This document shows, piece after piece, positions 21,335 through 32,007 of a stretch of 64,000 nucleotides of DNA. The position numbers and the translations under genes are program-made. The stretch comes from Candidatus Zambryskiibacteriota bacterium (GTDB lineage: Bacteria; Patescibacteriota; Minisyncoccia; Phycocordibacterales; WO2-35-19). Every line of letters starts with the position of its first letter. Position 1 is the first letter of the stretch. The notes beneath the pieces are model-generated. The model was not told the DNA's origin. It searched no databases and worked only from the letters and a program-made list of their open reading frames with translations. The stretch is from assembly GCA_048499675.1 (NCBI GenBank), contig JASNZL010000004.1, positions 28,463-92,462 of the forward strand, read 5' to 3'.

Positions 21335-23011
21335 ATGACTTCTATTGTAGAACAAATAAAAGAAAGGTTAGACATAGTTGATGTAATTTCGTCATATATA
21401 AAAGTAGAAAAAGCTGGAATAAACTGGAAAGCAAAGTGCCCATTTCACAACGAAAAAACCCCTTCTTTCTTCATATCCCAAACAAGACAAAATTTCTTCT
21501 GCTTTGGGTGCCATGAAAAAGGAGATGTGATATCCTTTGTAGAAAAATATGAAGGGCTTGATTTCAAAGGTGCTCTTGAAAACCTAGCAAATAGAGCTGG
21601 AATAGAAATAAAAAAACAAGACTACAAAAAGACTATTGAAAACAGAGATAAGTTGTTTGAAGCAATGGAGCAAGCAACGATATCTTTTGAAAACAACCTA
21701 GAAAAAGAAGATAAAATAAAAAAGTATCTTTTAGATAGAGGACTAAATACTAAGACAATAAAAGAATGGCGACTCGGTTACGCTAAGGATGAGTGGAGAG
21801 CTCTACTTTCAAATTTAGAAGGTAAAGGATTTACAAAAAAAGAACTTCTAGATGTTGGGTTATTAAAAAAAGTACTAAATGAAGAGAAGTACTACGACAC
21901 ATTCAGAGGAAGAATAATGTTTCCAATGTTTGATAATGCAAACAGAGTGATTGCATTTTCAGGAAGAACCTTAAAGAAAGACGAAAAAACACCAAAATAC
22001 TTAAACTCACCCGAAACAAGTCTTTTTTATAAATCAGAAGTTTTGTATGGATTCAACATTGCCAAAAATTACATTAGAAAACTAGACTACACCGTCATTG
22101 TAGAAGGTCAAATGGACTTAATAATGTCCCATCAATCTGGAGTACATAACACAGTTGCTTCCTCAGGTACAGCATTAACAGAAATTCATTTAAAAAAATT
22201 ACAGAGATTATCCAATAGAATAATAATTGCTTATGATGCCGATAAAGCAGGAGAAAAAGCCGGAGAAAGTGCAGCCTTAATGGCTACGTCACTTGGGATG
22301 GAAGTAAAAATTGCACTACTAAAAGAAGGTGAGGATCCAGCCTCTCTAATACAAAAAAGTGCAGAGGATTGGAAAAAAGTATTAAGGGAATCAAATTTTT
22401 ACTCTGAATACATATTAGACAAAGCAACTTCTATGCAAAATGAGAACCTTACAATGAAATATGTTTTCAGTAATGTACTACCTTTTGCATCTAGAATCAA
22501 AAGCGATATTGAAAAAGAAAAATATATCAAAAAGATTGCATCTAGACTGCGAGTATCAGAAGATAACGTATGGAAAGATCTTCAAAAAATAATAAATAAC
22601 GAAGGAAATGAAGAAAAAGAATATGATATAAAAAAAGAAAATAATCAATCAAATCTAGAAAGAATTCTTGTTGGCATAATATTATTACAAGAATCAATTA
22701 ACAAAGATACCAGTAAATTAAGAACAGAACTTAAAAGAATTTTAGGGAACGATAAAGCAGAAGATATAATCTCAAAGTACGAAGATGAAAAAGATTTATT
22801 AATTTTTGAACTTGAAAAATATAATAATTCAAGAGATTTTGATGATATAGGAAAAGAGGTTATTCAAAGGTTAGAATTAAACTTTTTAAAAGATGAAACG
22901 AGAAGATATGCTGTAGAAATGGACAACAAGAATATTTCTAAAGAAGAGTATAAAAAAATTGAAAATGAGTTTAACAAAATCCAAAACAGGATAAGAGAAT
23001 TAAAAGATTAA
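21335..23011 (+). CDS. dnaG: DNA primase
   Basis: CPFHNEKTPSF...CFGC zinc finger, PKYLNSPET, VEGQMD and YDAD TOPRIM. Confidence 0.97.
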   Translation: MTSIVEQIKERLDIVDVISSYIKVEKAGINWKAKCPFHNEKTPSFFISQTRQNFFCFGCHEKGDVISFVEKYEGLDFKGALENLANRAGIEIKKQDYKKTIENRDKLFEAMEQATISFENNLEKEDKIKKYLLDRGLNTKTIKEWRLGYAKDEWRALLSNLEGKGFTKKELLDVGLLKKVLNEEKYYDTFRGRIMFPMFDNANRVIAFSGRTLKKDEKTPKYLNSPETSLFYKSEVLYGFNIAKNYIRKLDYTVIVEGQMDLIMSHQSGVHNTVASSGTALTEIHLKKLQRLSNRIIIAYDADKAGEKAGESAALMATSLGMEVKIALLKEGEDPASLIQKSAEDWKKVLRESNFYSEYILDKATSMQNENLTMKYVFSNVLPFASRIKSDIEKEKYIKKIASRLRVSEDNVWKDLQKIINNEGNEEKEYDIKKENNQSNLERILVGIILLQESINKDTSKLRTELKRILGNDKAEDIISKYEDEKDLLIFELEKYNNSRDFDDIGKEVIQRLELNFLKDETRRYAVEMDNKNISKEEYKKIENEFNKIQNRIRELKD

Positions 23012-23042
23012 ATATAAATATTTTATTAGTATAATTTAACAC

Positions 23043-24263
23043 ATGGCAAACAAAACAAAAAAAGATAAATTCAAAAAAATCAAAAAAGAAAGACTAAAAA
23101 AAGTCAAAACTAAAGTTGTGCAAAAAAAGAAAGCTACAGATAAAAAAACAAAAAAAGATTTAAAACAAAAAAAGACTTCCAAGAGCACTACCAAAACACT
23201 GCCAGAAGAAGTAATAAAAAAAGACAAGTTGATTGCAAAAGGAAAAGATCGTGGGTTTATTACCTATGACGAAATAATGAAAGAGTTTCCCACAATCGAA
23301 GAAGACGTATTACTTTTAGAAAAAATATATGATGATTGTGCAACCTTGGGTATTGATATTCTTGAAGGAGGCAAATTATTAGAAGATACATTAACAGTAA
23401 AAGGTAAAGAGTATTTCAAAGAAGAAGCTTCTCATGATTCTATTCAGATGTACCTAAAAGAAATTGGTCAACATTCCTTAATTTCTGGCTCACAGGAAAA
23501 GGAACTGGCAAAAAGAATAGCAAATGACGATGCAGAAGCAAGAAACATCTTAGCAAAAGCAAACCTTAGACTAGTCGTTTCAATCGCAAAAAAATATGTA
23601 GGTAGAAGTTCAGACTTAACACTACTTGACCTTATACAGGAAGGTAATTTAGGCCTATTTAAAGCAGTAGATAAATTTGATCATACCAAAGGTTACAAGT
23701 TTTCAACTTATGCAACTTGGTGGATTAGACAAGCAATTACAAGAGCTCTTGCAGATCAATCGAGAACAATTAGAGTTCCAGTGCATATGGTTGAAACAAT
23801 TGCAAAATACAAACAAGTAGTAAGGAGACTCTCTCAAGATTTGGGTAGAGACCCTCTGCCAGAAGAAATCGCGGTAGAGATGGGTCTAGAACCAGATAAA
23901 ATATATATGATAGAAAAGATTGATCAGGGTACGGTTTCGCTCGAGACTCCAGTAGGTGATGATGATGATACCAAATCTACTTTAGGTGATTTCATTGCGG
24001 ATGATAAAATACTTTCTCCAGAGCAAGAATCAAACAGGAGAATAATAAGAGACCAACTATCAGAAATCCTAGAAGATTTACCACCAAAAGAAAGGAGAAT
24101 TATTGAGATGAGAAATGGTCTTCAAGATGGGGTCTACCACACACTAGAAGATGTCGGAAAAGAATTTGGAGTGACGAGAGAGCGTATTAGACAAATCGAA
24201 GCTAAAGCCCTAGAAAAAATGCGTCAACACGACAAAGCAAAAAGATTGCAACATTTTCTTTAA
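23043..24263 (+). CDS. rpoD: Primary sigma factor with Lys-rich N-terminus
   Basis: [39 protein letters not shown] and [10 protein letters not shown]. Confidence 0.98.
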   Translation: MANKTKKDKFKKIKKERLKKVKTKVVQKKKATDKKTKKDLKQKKTSKSTTKTLPEEVIKKDKLIAKGKDRGFITYDEIMKEFPTIEEDVLLLEKIYDDCATLGIDILEGGKLLEDTLTVKGKEYFKEEASHDSIQMYLKEIGQHSLISGSQEKELAKRIANDDAEARNILAKANLRLVVSIAKKYVGRSSDLTLLDLIQEGNLGLFKAVDKFDHTKGYKFSTYATWWIRQAITRALADQSRTIRVPVHMVETIAKYKQVVRRLSQDLGRDPLPEEIAVEMGLEPDKIYMIEKIDQGTVSLETPVGDDDDTKSTLGDFIADDKILSPEQESNRRIIRDQLSEILEDLPPKERRIIEMRNGLQDGVYHTLEDVGKEFGVTRERIRQIEAKALEKMRQHDKAKRLQHFL

Positions 24264-24275
24264 AAACATAACGAT

Positions 24276-24308
24276 AAAATCCGGTAGCCACAACGACTAT
24301 CGGATTTT
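24276..24308. terminator. Terminator after rpoD
   Basis: AAAATCCGGTAG / CTATCGGATTTT. Confidence 0.7.
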
Positions 24309-24529
24309 TAGTTACGAACACTCCTTTGTCTTTCTTGAACACGCTCGTCAAGAGTGTAGTGTAAAGAAATAAATTCCATAGCACATTTCCGGATTCGAGC
24401 TCTTATTTCAACATCTTGTTCTTCTTCGATTGCGTCAAAAAGGCGCTCGATTTTGCTATCCAACAGATTCATTCTGAGCATATCCACTGCATTTAACACT
24501 CGTGTTACTAGGTATACAAAACACCTCAT
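24308..24529 (-). CDS. Small hypothetical protein whose SD has been displaced by the IS30 insertion
   Basis: 73-aa ORF; removing the IS restores AAAGGAGGTTCT-ATG. Confidence 0.5.
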   Translation of the reverse strand: MRCFVYLVTRVLNAVDMLRMNLLDSKIERLFDAIEEEQDVEIRARIRKCAMEFISLHYTLDERVQERQRSVRN

Positions 24530-24534
24530 AGAAC

Positions 24535-25547
24535 CCCCCCAGATACCTTTGAAGTAGGACAGTTATAATTAATTTTTAGCAAAAATTAAATTTTAATTGT
24601 CATGAAAAAGAAATATTGTCATTTGTCGTTTGAAGAGAGATTTGCAATTGAAGTGATGTATCGAAAAGGCACGGAGATTCGCTCCATTGCAGAGTTTTTG
24701 GATCGTAGTCCAAATACAGTGAGCCGAGAGATACGGAAACATAGTGTTAATGGTGCATATGAGGCCAGGAAAGCTAAGCAAAAATCATTAGCAGAAAGAT
24801 GGAGAGCAAAAGCTCAATGTCTCAAAGTAGCAATGAACAGTTTCCTTTGCGTTTTCGTTGAAGAGAAACTTCAAAACAAGTGGTCACCAAAACAAATTAG
24901 TGGGTATTTGAAGAGAGAGTACGGCATCATTTGCTCTAGCAAAGCCATATACAAATTTGCTGAGAGCCGTGGATTAGATCACTTGCTTTTCTGGGGCTGG
25001 AACAACATGAAAGCTTGTCGCAAGAGATACAAATGGAAAACACCCAAAGATGGAAGGAAATATATTGGACAAAGACCAGAAAGAAAAGAAGTTGGTCATC
25101 TAGAGATGGACTTCATTGTCTCAAAAGAAAGTAGCGGGTTCTCTGATTGAATCGTTTTAACAAAAAAAACTTGGGTGGGAAACTACCCCAACAGAAAACA
25201 CTGACACTATTCGTCTTACTTGCTTTCCTCCTGTTCACTCGGATTTGTTTTTGAAGTCGATCACCACGGACAATGATCAGCATTCTATCTGGAAGGCAGA
25301 TTCTCTCAACACTGTCATATCTTTACACATCCATACCATTCTTGGGAAAAGGGATTAGTGGAGAATACTAACCGATGGATCAGATGTTTTGTACCTAAAA
25401 GGAGAAATATCGAGTCAGTGACTGAAGAAGAATTGAAAGGGATTCACACCTTCTTGAACGACCGACCGAGAGAATGTATTGGATTTAGATTACCAACAAG
25501 TTATTATTATGAGTTAACATCTGTCCTACTTGAGGGGTAGCGGGAGG
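24535..25547 (+). mobile_element. IS30-family insertion sequence, ~1.0 kb, degraded
   Basis: Imperfect terminal IRs share AAGTAGGACAG (24552-24562 / 25521-25531); apparent 2-bp AC target duplication (24533-34, 25548-49); transposase inside. Confidence 0.85.
24602..25540 (+). pseudogene. IS30 transposase, frameshifted (fragments 24602-25150 and ~25250-25540)
   Basis: HLSFEER...RSPNTVSRE HTH, WSPKQIS, GHLEMD, SITTDN, PYHSWEKG, ENTNRWIR and LNDRPRECIG; indels in 25140-25330. Confidence 0.88.
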
Positions 25548-25618
25548 ACCTCCTTTCTTGATAAAATATGCCACAACTTATTTTATCAATCAAATTACAT
25601 ATGTTGTATAATCTACAT

Positions 25619-28528
25619 ATGGAATACCAAAAATTCGATGAGGAATATTCAAAATTAAATAAAAGTCAAAAGGATGCTGTTGACTCTATAGATGGTCCTG
25701 TGATGGTAATAGCTGGACCCGGCACCGGCAAGACCACAATTCTCACTCTTCGTATAGCAAATATACTAAAACAAACAGACACTCCATCTTCAGGAATACT
25801 TGCCCTAACATTCACAGAGGCAGGCGTAAAAGCAATGCGAGATAAATTAAAATCCATAATCGGAGAACGGGCTTACGATATACCTATTCATACATTTCAC
25901 GGTTTTGCCTCATCAATCATAAATGAGTTTCCAGAACATTTTATTCATCTTAGAGGTTCTAAACAAATTACTGAAATAGAGTCAGAAGATTTATTAAGAG
26001 AAATACTTAAAAATAGTAAGTACAAAATTTTAAGACCCCTAGGAGACCCCGATTTTTATATAAATAAAATAATTGGTGCTATAAGTGACTCCAAACAAGA
26101 GGCATGGACTCCAGATATGATAATAGAATTTGCAAAATCAGAAATTATAAACATAAACGAAGATGAGAATAATTTATCAACAAGAGGCAAGACCAAGGGT
26201 CAGCTTAAAGGAGAAGCTCTTAAAAGAATTGAAAGATGTGAAAAAACAATAGTTTTTGGAGAAATTTATAGAGAATATGAATCAAGAAAAAAAACAGATA
26301 AAAAAATTGATTTTGATGATTTAATTTTTGAACTCCTATTGGCATTAAGAAATGATGAACTCCTTCTACAAATTATTCAAGAAAAATATTTGTATATTCT
26401 TGTAGATGAACATCAGGACACAAACGATGCTCAGAATTTAATTGTAAAAACCATAGCTGATTTTTTTGAAAATCCAAATCTATTTGTGGTAGGAGACGAA
26501 AAACAAGCTATATACAGATTCCAAGGAGCATCAGTTGATAACTTTTTGTCATTTCAAAAAACATGGAGTCAAATGAAAATAATTTCCCTAGTGGTAAATT
26601 ATAGATCTCACCAAGGAATTCTTGATTCTACTTTTAATATGATAGAGAAAAATTATTTAGATAATGAACACAAAAATCTCAGAATTAAATTGGAAGCTCA
26701 CAATAAGAACGGCGTTCAACCAATTGATATTATAAAATCCAAAGACATTAATAGTGAAGATAATTTTATAGTGGAAAAACTAAAAGATTTAATAAAGGAA
26801 GATAAAAGTAGTATTGCAATAATTGTAAGAAAAAATGCTCAGGTTGGTAGAATATTTTCTTTATTACAAAAAAACGGTATTGAATCTTCAGCCGAAAGGG
26901 GAGCCAACATATTTACTCATTATGTAGGCGAGATATTTTTTTCATTACTTGAATTTCTATACAATCCCTCCAACTCCGCCTCGCTTGCCGAAACTATTGC
27001 TGGGGGATTATGGAACCTAGATTTTAAAAATAGAACTGAAGCTATAAAACAACTTAGAAGCGGAAATGTAGAATTTATAGAAAAAAACATAAAAGGTGTA
27101 AAAGATTTATTAAACAACATAGATTTAAGTGGTGTTATTAACTATATAATTTTGGCAGGCAACGTATCTGGTCTTACAAAAATTGCTAGTAGTAATCCAT
27201 TAAGTATGGAGGTATGGCGGGGGATTATAACACTATCAGAAGAGATTGCTAGATCAAAAGAAATAGACAATCCCAGAACATTAATAAAAGAGCTTCTTTC
27301 ATACAAAAAAACTGCGGAGAGAAGGTCTATAAAAATAAATACTGGGCAAACTAACTCGCGAATTGTAATAATGACCGCACATTCCTCAAAAGGACTTGAG
27401 TTTGATTATGTATTCACCCCATACGCCACAGAAGAATCCTGGATTACAAAAAATCATGGTTCTTATTTTGTATTACCAAAAGAAAAAGAAGATGTAGACG
27501 ACATAAGAGATGAAAGGAGACTTTACTACGTAGCCCTTACAAGAGCAAAAAAACATATTTTTGTTAGCACCCATACCGAAAACAGCGCTGGGAAACCAAC
27601 GACAATTTTGAGATTTTTAGATGACTTACCTAAAGATTTAATAAAAGAAACGGAAATAGAAAAAACTGAGAAAATAGAAACAGAAAAGAGTATAAAAGAT
27701 ATAGACATAGAAAAAAATACTGAGCGTAACGAATACGCAAAAAGAATATTGCTTGAAAAAGGTTTGTCCGTAACTGCACTAAATCATTTTATGAAATGCC
27801 CTAAGGAATTTTATTATAAGAGTGTTTTAAAAGTTCCCGAAGCACCAAGCCCTAGTAGTGAAAAAGGAAATGCTATGCACGAAGCACTCTCTGAGGTTTG
27901 GAAAAACAAATTAACAAATTCAGAAGAAATAAGTGACACAATCCAAAGGACAGTCAAAAATTATATAAAAAAATCATTACTACCATTATACGAAAAAGAA
28001 CAAATAGAAGAAGAATTAATAAAAGACTCAATTAAGGTAGCGGGGTCACTCGAAAACCATTTCAACACACAAGGTGATATCAAAACAGAAAGCTGGGTAG
28101 AAAGTTTTATAACACATAAATTTAATAATGAAGGTATTGAAATAAAAATACATGGAAAATTGGATGTAATTATAAACACACAAGATAAAATCCATGTTTA
28201 TGACTACAAAACTCGCGAAGCTATGAGCGAGAAATCTATAAGAGGTGAGACAGAGAGTAGTGATGGTGGCTACTTTAGACAATTAGTTTTCTATAAAATC
28301 CTTTTAGATAAACTAAACAAAATAGAAAAGAAAAAAATAGAACCATCTCTTGTGTTTATCAAACCAAACAAAAAAGGAGAATGCTCAATCATATCTTTGG
28401 ATATAACCAAAGGAGATGAAGAACGTGTAATAGACGATATAAAAAGACTAATAGATGTGGTTTGGTCAGGAAAACTACTAGAGGAAAATTGTGATGACCC
28501 AGAATGCAGATTCTGTAAGATGTATTAA
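25619..28528 (+). CDS. UvrD/Rep-family helicase fused to a C-terminal PD-(D/E)xK nuclease (AddA/AdnB-like)
   Basis: AGPGTGKT, VDEHQD, VGDEKQAIYRFQGA, HSSKGLEF, YVALTRA, GKLD...DYKT and a terminal Cys cluster; start placed at MEYQK (leaderless -10 at 25607). Confidence 0.9.
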   Translation: MEYQKFDEEYSKLNKSQKDAVDSIDGPVMVIAGPGTGKTTILTLRIANILKQTDTPSSGILALTFTEAGVKAMRDKLKSIIGERAYDIPIHTFHGFASSIINEFPEHFIHLRGSKQITEIESEDLLREILKNSKYKILRPLGDPDFYINKIIGAISDSKQEAWTPDMIIEFAKSEIININEDENNLSTRGKTKGQLKGEALKRIERCEKTIVFGEIYREYESRKKTDKKIDFDDLIFELLLALRNDELLLQIIQEKYLYILVDEHQDTNDAQNLIVKTIADFFENPNLFVVGDEKQAIYRFQGASVDNFLSFQKTWSQMKIISLVVNYRSHQGILDSTFNMIEKNYLDNEHKNLRIKLEAHNKNGVQPIDIIKSKDINSEDNFIVEKLKDLIKEDKSSIAIIVRKNAQVGRIFSLLQKNGIESSAERGANIFTHYVGEIFFSLLEFLYNPSNSASLAETIAGGLWNLDFKNRTEAIKQLRSGNVEFIEKNIKGVKDLLNNIDLSGVINYIILAGNVSGLTKIASSNPLSMEVWRGIITLSEEIARSKEIDNPRTLIKELLSYKKTAERRSIKINTGQTNSRIVIMTAHSSKGLEFDYVFTPYATEESWITKNHGSYFVLPKEKEDVDDIRDERRLYYVALTRAKKHIFVSTHTENSAGKPTTILRFLDDLPKDLIKETEIEKTEKIETEKSIKDIDIEKNTERNEYAKRILLEKGLSVTALNHFMKCPKEFYYKSVLKVPEAPSPSSEKGNAMHEALSEVWKNKLTNSEEISDTIQRTVKNYIKKSLLPLYEKEQIEEELIKDSIKVAGSLENHFNTQGDIKTESWVESFITHKFNNEGIEIKIHGKLDVIINTQDKIHVYDYKTREAMSEKSIRGETESSDGGYFRQLVFYKILLDKLNKIEKKKIEPSLVFIKPNKKGECSIISLDITKGDEERVIDDIKRLIDVVWSGKLLEENCDDPECRFCKMY

Positions 28529-29236
28529 CTAGCTTTGCAAAATCATATCAATAACTTGTTTGAGTTGAGAATATGGATATGCTCCCTCTATTGGATATTT
28601 ATCACCTGTTTTGGTATCTAACAAAACACTATACGGAGTACCGATTGCCCCCAATTCTTTTGCATTATTGATATCGGCTTCAATCCTTGCGCGAAACTCT
28701 CCGCTATCTAGACATACTTTAAAATCAACTGATGATAGACCAACATCAACTGCTATTTTTTCTAATTCTAAAGGATCTAGCCCATCATTTGATGGTGTTA
28801 CTTCATAAAGCTTGTTTGTATATTCCCAAAATTTACTATTACCACCCAGAGCAGCTGCGCACTCCTGAGCTTCGGCTTCTCTCATTGATTTTTTGTGTAT
28901 CTCAGTAATAGGGAAATGTCTATAGACCCAAGCTACTCTCTCGTCGCTTCCATAATCTCTCATTATAGCAAGCATGGTTGTGTGGAATATTTTGCAAAAA
29001 GCACATTCTGTATCTGAATACTCAACCAAAATAATCCTTGCATTTGGACTACCTAATATATGATCATTCTGGTCCACTGGCCGCATTACGCCCGATATAC
29101 TCTTTGAAAGCTCTTGCTGTCTCTTTTCAAAAGTGCCCACTTCAGTATTTTTATTTTTATTACTTAGCAAAAAACCACTACCAATTAAAATACCAGCTAT
29201 AATTATAGAAACAGGGAGCAATAGTTTATCGTTCAT
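28529..29236 (-). CDS. Membrane-anchored DsbA-like thiol-disulfide oxidoreductase
   Basis: EYSDTECAFC, YRHFP and GTP motifs. Confidence 0.9.
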   Translation of the reverse strand: MNDKLLLPVSIIIAGILIGSGFLLSNKNKNTEVGTFEKRQQELSKSISGVMRPVDQNDHILGSPNARIILVEYSDTECAFCKIFHTTMLAIMRDYGSDERVAWVYRHFPITEIHKKSMREAEAQECAAALGGNSKFWEYTNKLYEVTPSNDGLDPLELEKIAVDVGLSSVDFKVCLDSGEFRARIEADINNAKELGAIGTPYSVLLDTKTGDKYPIEGAYPYSQLKQVIDMILQS

Positions 29237-29290
29237 AATAGTGATATTATTTTTAATAATGTGTATTATAACACAATATATTAATATTTT

Positions 29291-30088
29291 TTGTATATGA
29301 GTATTATAGAGTCAATAATTTTAGGTCTAATACAAGGATTAACTGAATTCTTACCAGTTTCTTCATCTGGGCACCTGATAGCAATAAGACAGTTTATGAA
29401 TCTGTCTCTCGAAAATACGATGGCTTTTGATGTTGTGCTCCATATGGCAACCCTGGTGGCTATACTAATTTATTTTAAAGGGGATATTAAGAGAATTATT
29501 ACCGACTTTAAAACAGAAGGACCAAGCAATCGTTCAATTAAATTAGTTGGCGCAATAATAATTGGAACAATACCAGCCGGACTTATAGGTTTTTTTTATG
29601 GTGATGTAATAGAAGATATTTTTAGGAGCCCCACATTAGTCGCATATTCTCTTATTGCAGGTAGCTTACTTTTTTGGTTTGCAGATAGGTTTGCAAAACT
29701 AAAAGGAGGAATAAATATTTTCAAAGGATTCCTGATTGGAATTTTTCAATCTCTAGCGCTCATATCTGGTTTTTCAAGGTCTGGCTCAACAATTTCGGGA
29801 GGTTTGTTAGTCGGCCTTTCTAGAGAAGAGAGTATCAAATTCTCTTTCTTACTAGGTATCCCAATAATTGCAGGAGCAGGACTCAAAACTTTGTCAGAAA
29901 TTGGTTTAGAAGGAAGACTTGGGGAATTTTTAAACCTAGAAGTATTTATTGGATTTGTTGTCGCTCTATTATCTGGTTTATGGGCAGTCAGATTTTTAGT
30001 TAGATATCTATCAAACAATTCTTTTAATGTTTTTATTGTATACAGAATACTCCTCGCAATTCTAATACTTGTAGTTTCAAAATTCTAG
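29291..30088 (+). CDS. uppP: Undecaprenyl-diphosphate phosphatase
   Basis: QGLTEFLPVSSSGH and GFSRSGST motifs. Confidence 0.96.
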   Translation: MYMSIIESIILGLIQGLTEFLPVSSSGHLIAIRQFMNLSLENTMAFDVVLHMATLVAILIYFKGDIKRIITDFKTEGPSNRSIKLVGAIIIGTIPAGLIGFFYGDVIEDIFRSPTLVAYSLIAGSLLFWFADRFAKLKGGINIFKGFLIGIFQSLALISGFSRSGSTISGGLLVGLSREESIKFSFLLGIPIIAGAGLKTLSEIGLEGRLGEFLNLEVFIGFVVALLSGLWAVRFLVRYLSNNSFNVFIVYRILLAILILVVSKF

Positions 30089-30094
30089 TTAACA

Positions 30095-30673
30095 CTAAAA
30101 AGGTAGAGTGTGGTTTAGTATGGAAGACGAAGGTACATTTTCCCAATCACTTGTGTCTAGTTTTACTTCATTCATATTCGGACCTTCCTTAAAAATTAAC
30201 TTACCATTTTTTAGCGCATACTCATAAACTTCTTTTGTAATTTTTACATCGTCCAAACAATATTTAATTATTTTGTCTATCTCTCCAGATTTCCACCACC
30301 TTATAGCATCAAGGCCGTGGCCACTTTTTTTGATACCAAGAGTACCTTCGGCTATTTGATCTAGTTTCATTCTTCTGCCAGCAGATTTTTGCATCTCTTT
30401 CAAAATATCGACGCTCTTTATTTTAAACAAGTCTCCAGCATAATATTTATTCAAAAGGGGAATATCAAAATGGTCTCCATTAAAAGTTATAAAGGTATCA
30501 GTATTTTCAATAACCCTCCACAATTCTCCAAAATCTTCCTCCAAATAAGCTTTGTAAGAATCAGTTTCGTAATCATAAATTCCAACCACAGAAATAGAAA
30601 GATCAACTGGGTTATTACTCCCAACATCTTGAAAAATATTTTTAGTTTCTATATCAAATACAATTTTTTTCAT
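30095..30673 (-). CDS. RNase H-like (DnaQ/YprB-like) domain protein
   Basis: VFDIET, TFNGDHFDIP and YCLDDV DEDD-type motifs. Confidence 0.8.
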   Translation of the reverse strand: MKKIVFDIETKNIFQDVGSNNPVDLSISVVGIYDYETDSYKAYLEEDFGELWRVIENTDTFITFNGDHFDIPLLNKYYAGDLFKIKSVDILKEMQKSAGRRMKLDQIAEGTLGIKKSGHGLDAIRWWKSGEIDKIIKYCLDDVKITKEVYEYALKNGKLIFKEGPNMNEVKLDTSDWENVPSSSILNHTLPF

Positions 30674-30682
30674 TCTAGAAAA

Positions 30683-31984
30683 TTACTGGTTATTACCTTT
30701 TATAAAGTCCTTAATTTCTAGAACATTTCCAGAAAATTCTTCGCGAGTTTTTGTATTTCTAATTGTAAATTTACCACTTTCTAATTCACTAGATCCCACA
30801 GTAATAACAAAAGGAACATTCCTTTTATCTAAACTTTTTAGCTGATCAGCTAATTTTCTTCCCGATATGTCTACCATAACATTCAAATTTTGTTCTCTAA
30901 AACTAGAAGCTATTTTGTAAACTTCTTCGATATTTGTTTCAGGAACAGTACATATGTATAGGTCTGTTGTTGACCTTTTATTAGGTAACAAATTATGAGT
31001 TGTTAGGAAATCTTTTATGGTCACATCGCCCATACCAAAACCAATAGCAGGAACCGAGCGATTAGAAAACATCTCTATCAGGTTGTCGTATCTACCACCA
31101 CCAAATAATGATCTTGGATTTTCAGGATTTGTATCAAAAACCTCAAATACTATCCCGGTGTAATAATCAAAACCTCGAGTCAAAGTTCCACTAAAGACGA
31201 TATTCGAAATACCTCGGTCCCTTAGAGTTTGAATTACCTTACCTATGTACTTTGCAGACTCCAATCCTCCCAACATAGAAAATATACCCTCTCCGTAATA
31301 CAGATTTTCAAAAAGACTTGTTGTCTTATCCTCCCCAATCAAATCCTTAATAGAATTTCTAAACTTGTCTTCGGACATCTTTTCTTTCTTATCTATAAGT
31401 CTGAGTAATTCATTTTTGTTAGAATCAGCTATGCCAATTTTTTTGAATAAATCATCCATTAAGGAACGGCTATTTATCTTTATTTGAAAGTCCTCTGGTT
31501 TAGCGCCAAAATTTTTCATAATTTGACTTGCAACCTGTATCACTTCCACATCAGCAGTAAATTCGGATACACCAAAAATATCAACATTTAACTGCCAATG
31601 TTCTCGAAGTCTACCTCTTTGAGGTTTTTCGTATCTAAAAAGGTTTGGTATTGAATACCATCTAATAGGGAAGATAAGTTCCTGTATTTTTTGAGCAACC
31701 ATTCGCGCAACCGTTGGAGTCATTTCTGGCCGGAGTGCAACGCTTCTATCTCCTCTATCTTTAAAAGTATAGATTTGTTCATTTATTATTTCTTCGCTAG
31801 TTTTTGATTTATATAAATCTAGTGGTTCCAAAATAGAAGCATTGTATTCTTCATAACCCCAAGATTCAACTGTTTTCCTCATTATGCCAAAAATATAATT
31901 TTGAACTGATTGATCTTCTGGATAAAAATCTCTGACACCTTTGTAGCTTTCCGTTCCTATTTTGTTTTTGCCGAATCCAAACAT
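30683..31984 (-). CDS. hisS: Histidine--tRNA ligase
   Basis: KGVRDF, LRPEMT, FRYEKPQRGRLRE, RGFDYYTG and GGGRYD. Confidence 0.97.
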   Translation of the reverse strand: MFGFGKNKIGTESYKGVRDFYPEDQSVQNYIFGIMRKTVESWGYEEYNASILEPLDLYKSKTSEEIINEQIYTFKDRGDRSVALRPEMTPTVARMVAQKIQELIFPIRWYSIPNLFRYEKPQRGRLREHWQLNVDIFGVSEFTADVEVIQVASQIMKNFGAKPEDFQIKINSRSLMDDLFKKIGIADSNKNELLRLIDKKEKMSEDKFRNSIKDLIGEDKTTSLFENLYYGEGIFSMLGGLESAKYIGKVIQTLRDRGISNIVFSGTLTRGFDYYTGIVFEVFDTNPENPRSLFGGGRYDNLIEMFSNRSVPAIGFGMGDVTIKDFLTTHNLLPNKRSTTDLYICTVPETNIEEVYKIASSFREQNLNVMVDISGRKLADQLKSLDKRNVPFVITVGSSELESGKFTIRNTKTREEFSGNVLEIKDFIKGNNQ

Positions 31985-32007
31985 ATGTTGTAAATTATAG
32001 AAGATTT

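Noticed and set aside
25568-25618. Upstream start for the helicase given by the ORF track
   Set aside because: The segment contains the -10 box; ATG 25619 fits the leaderless pattern
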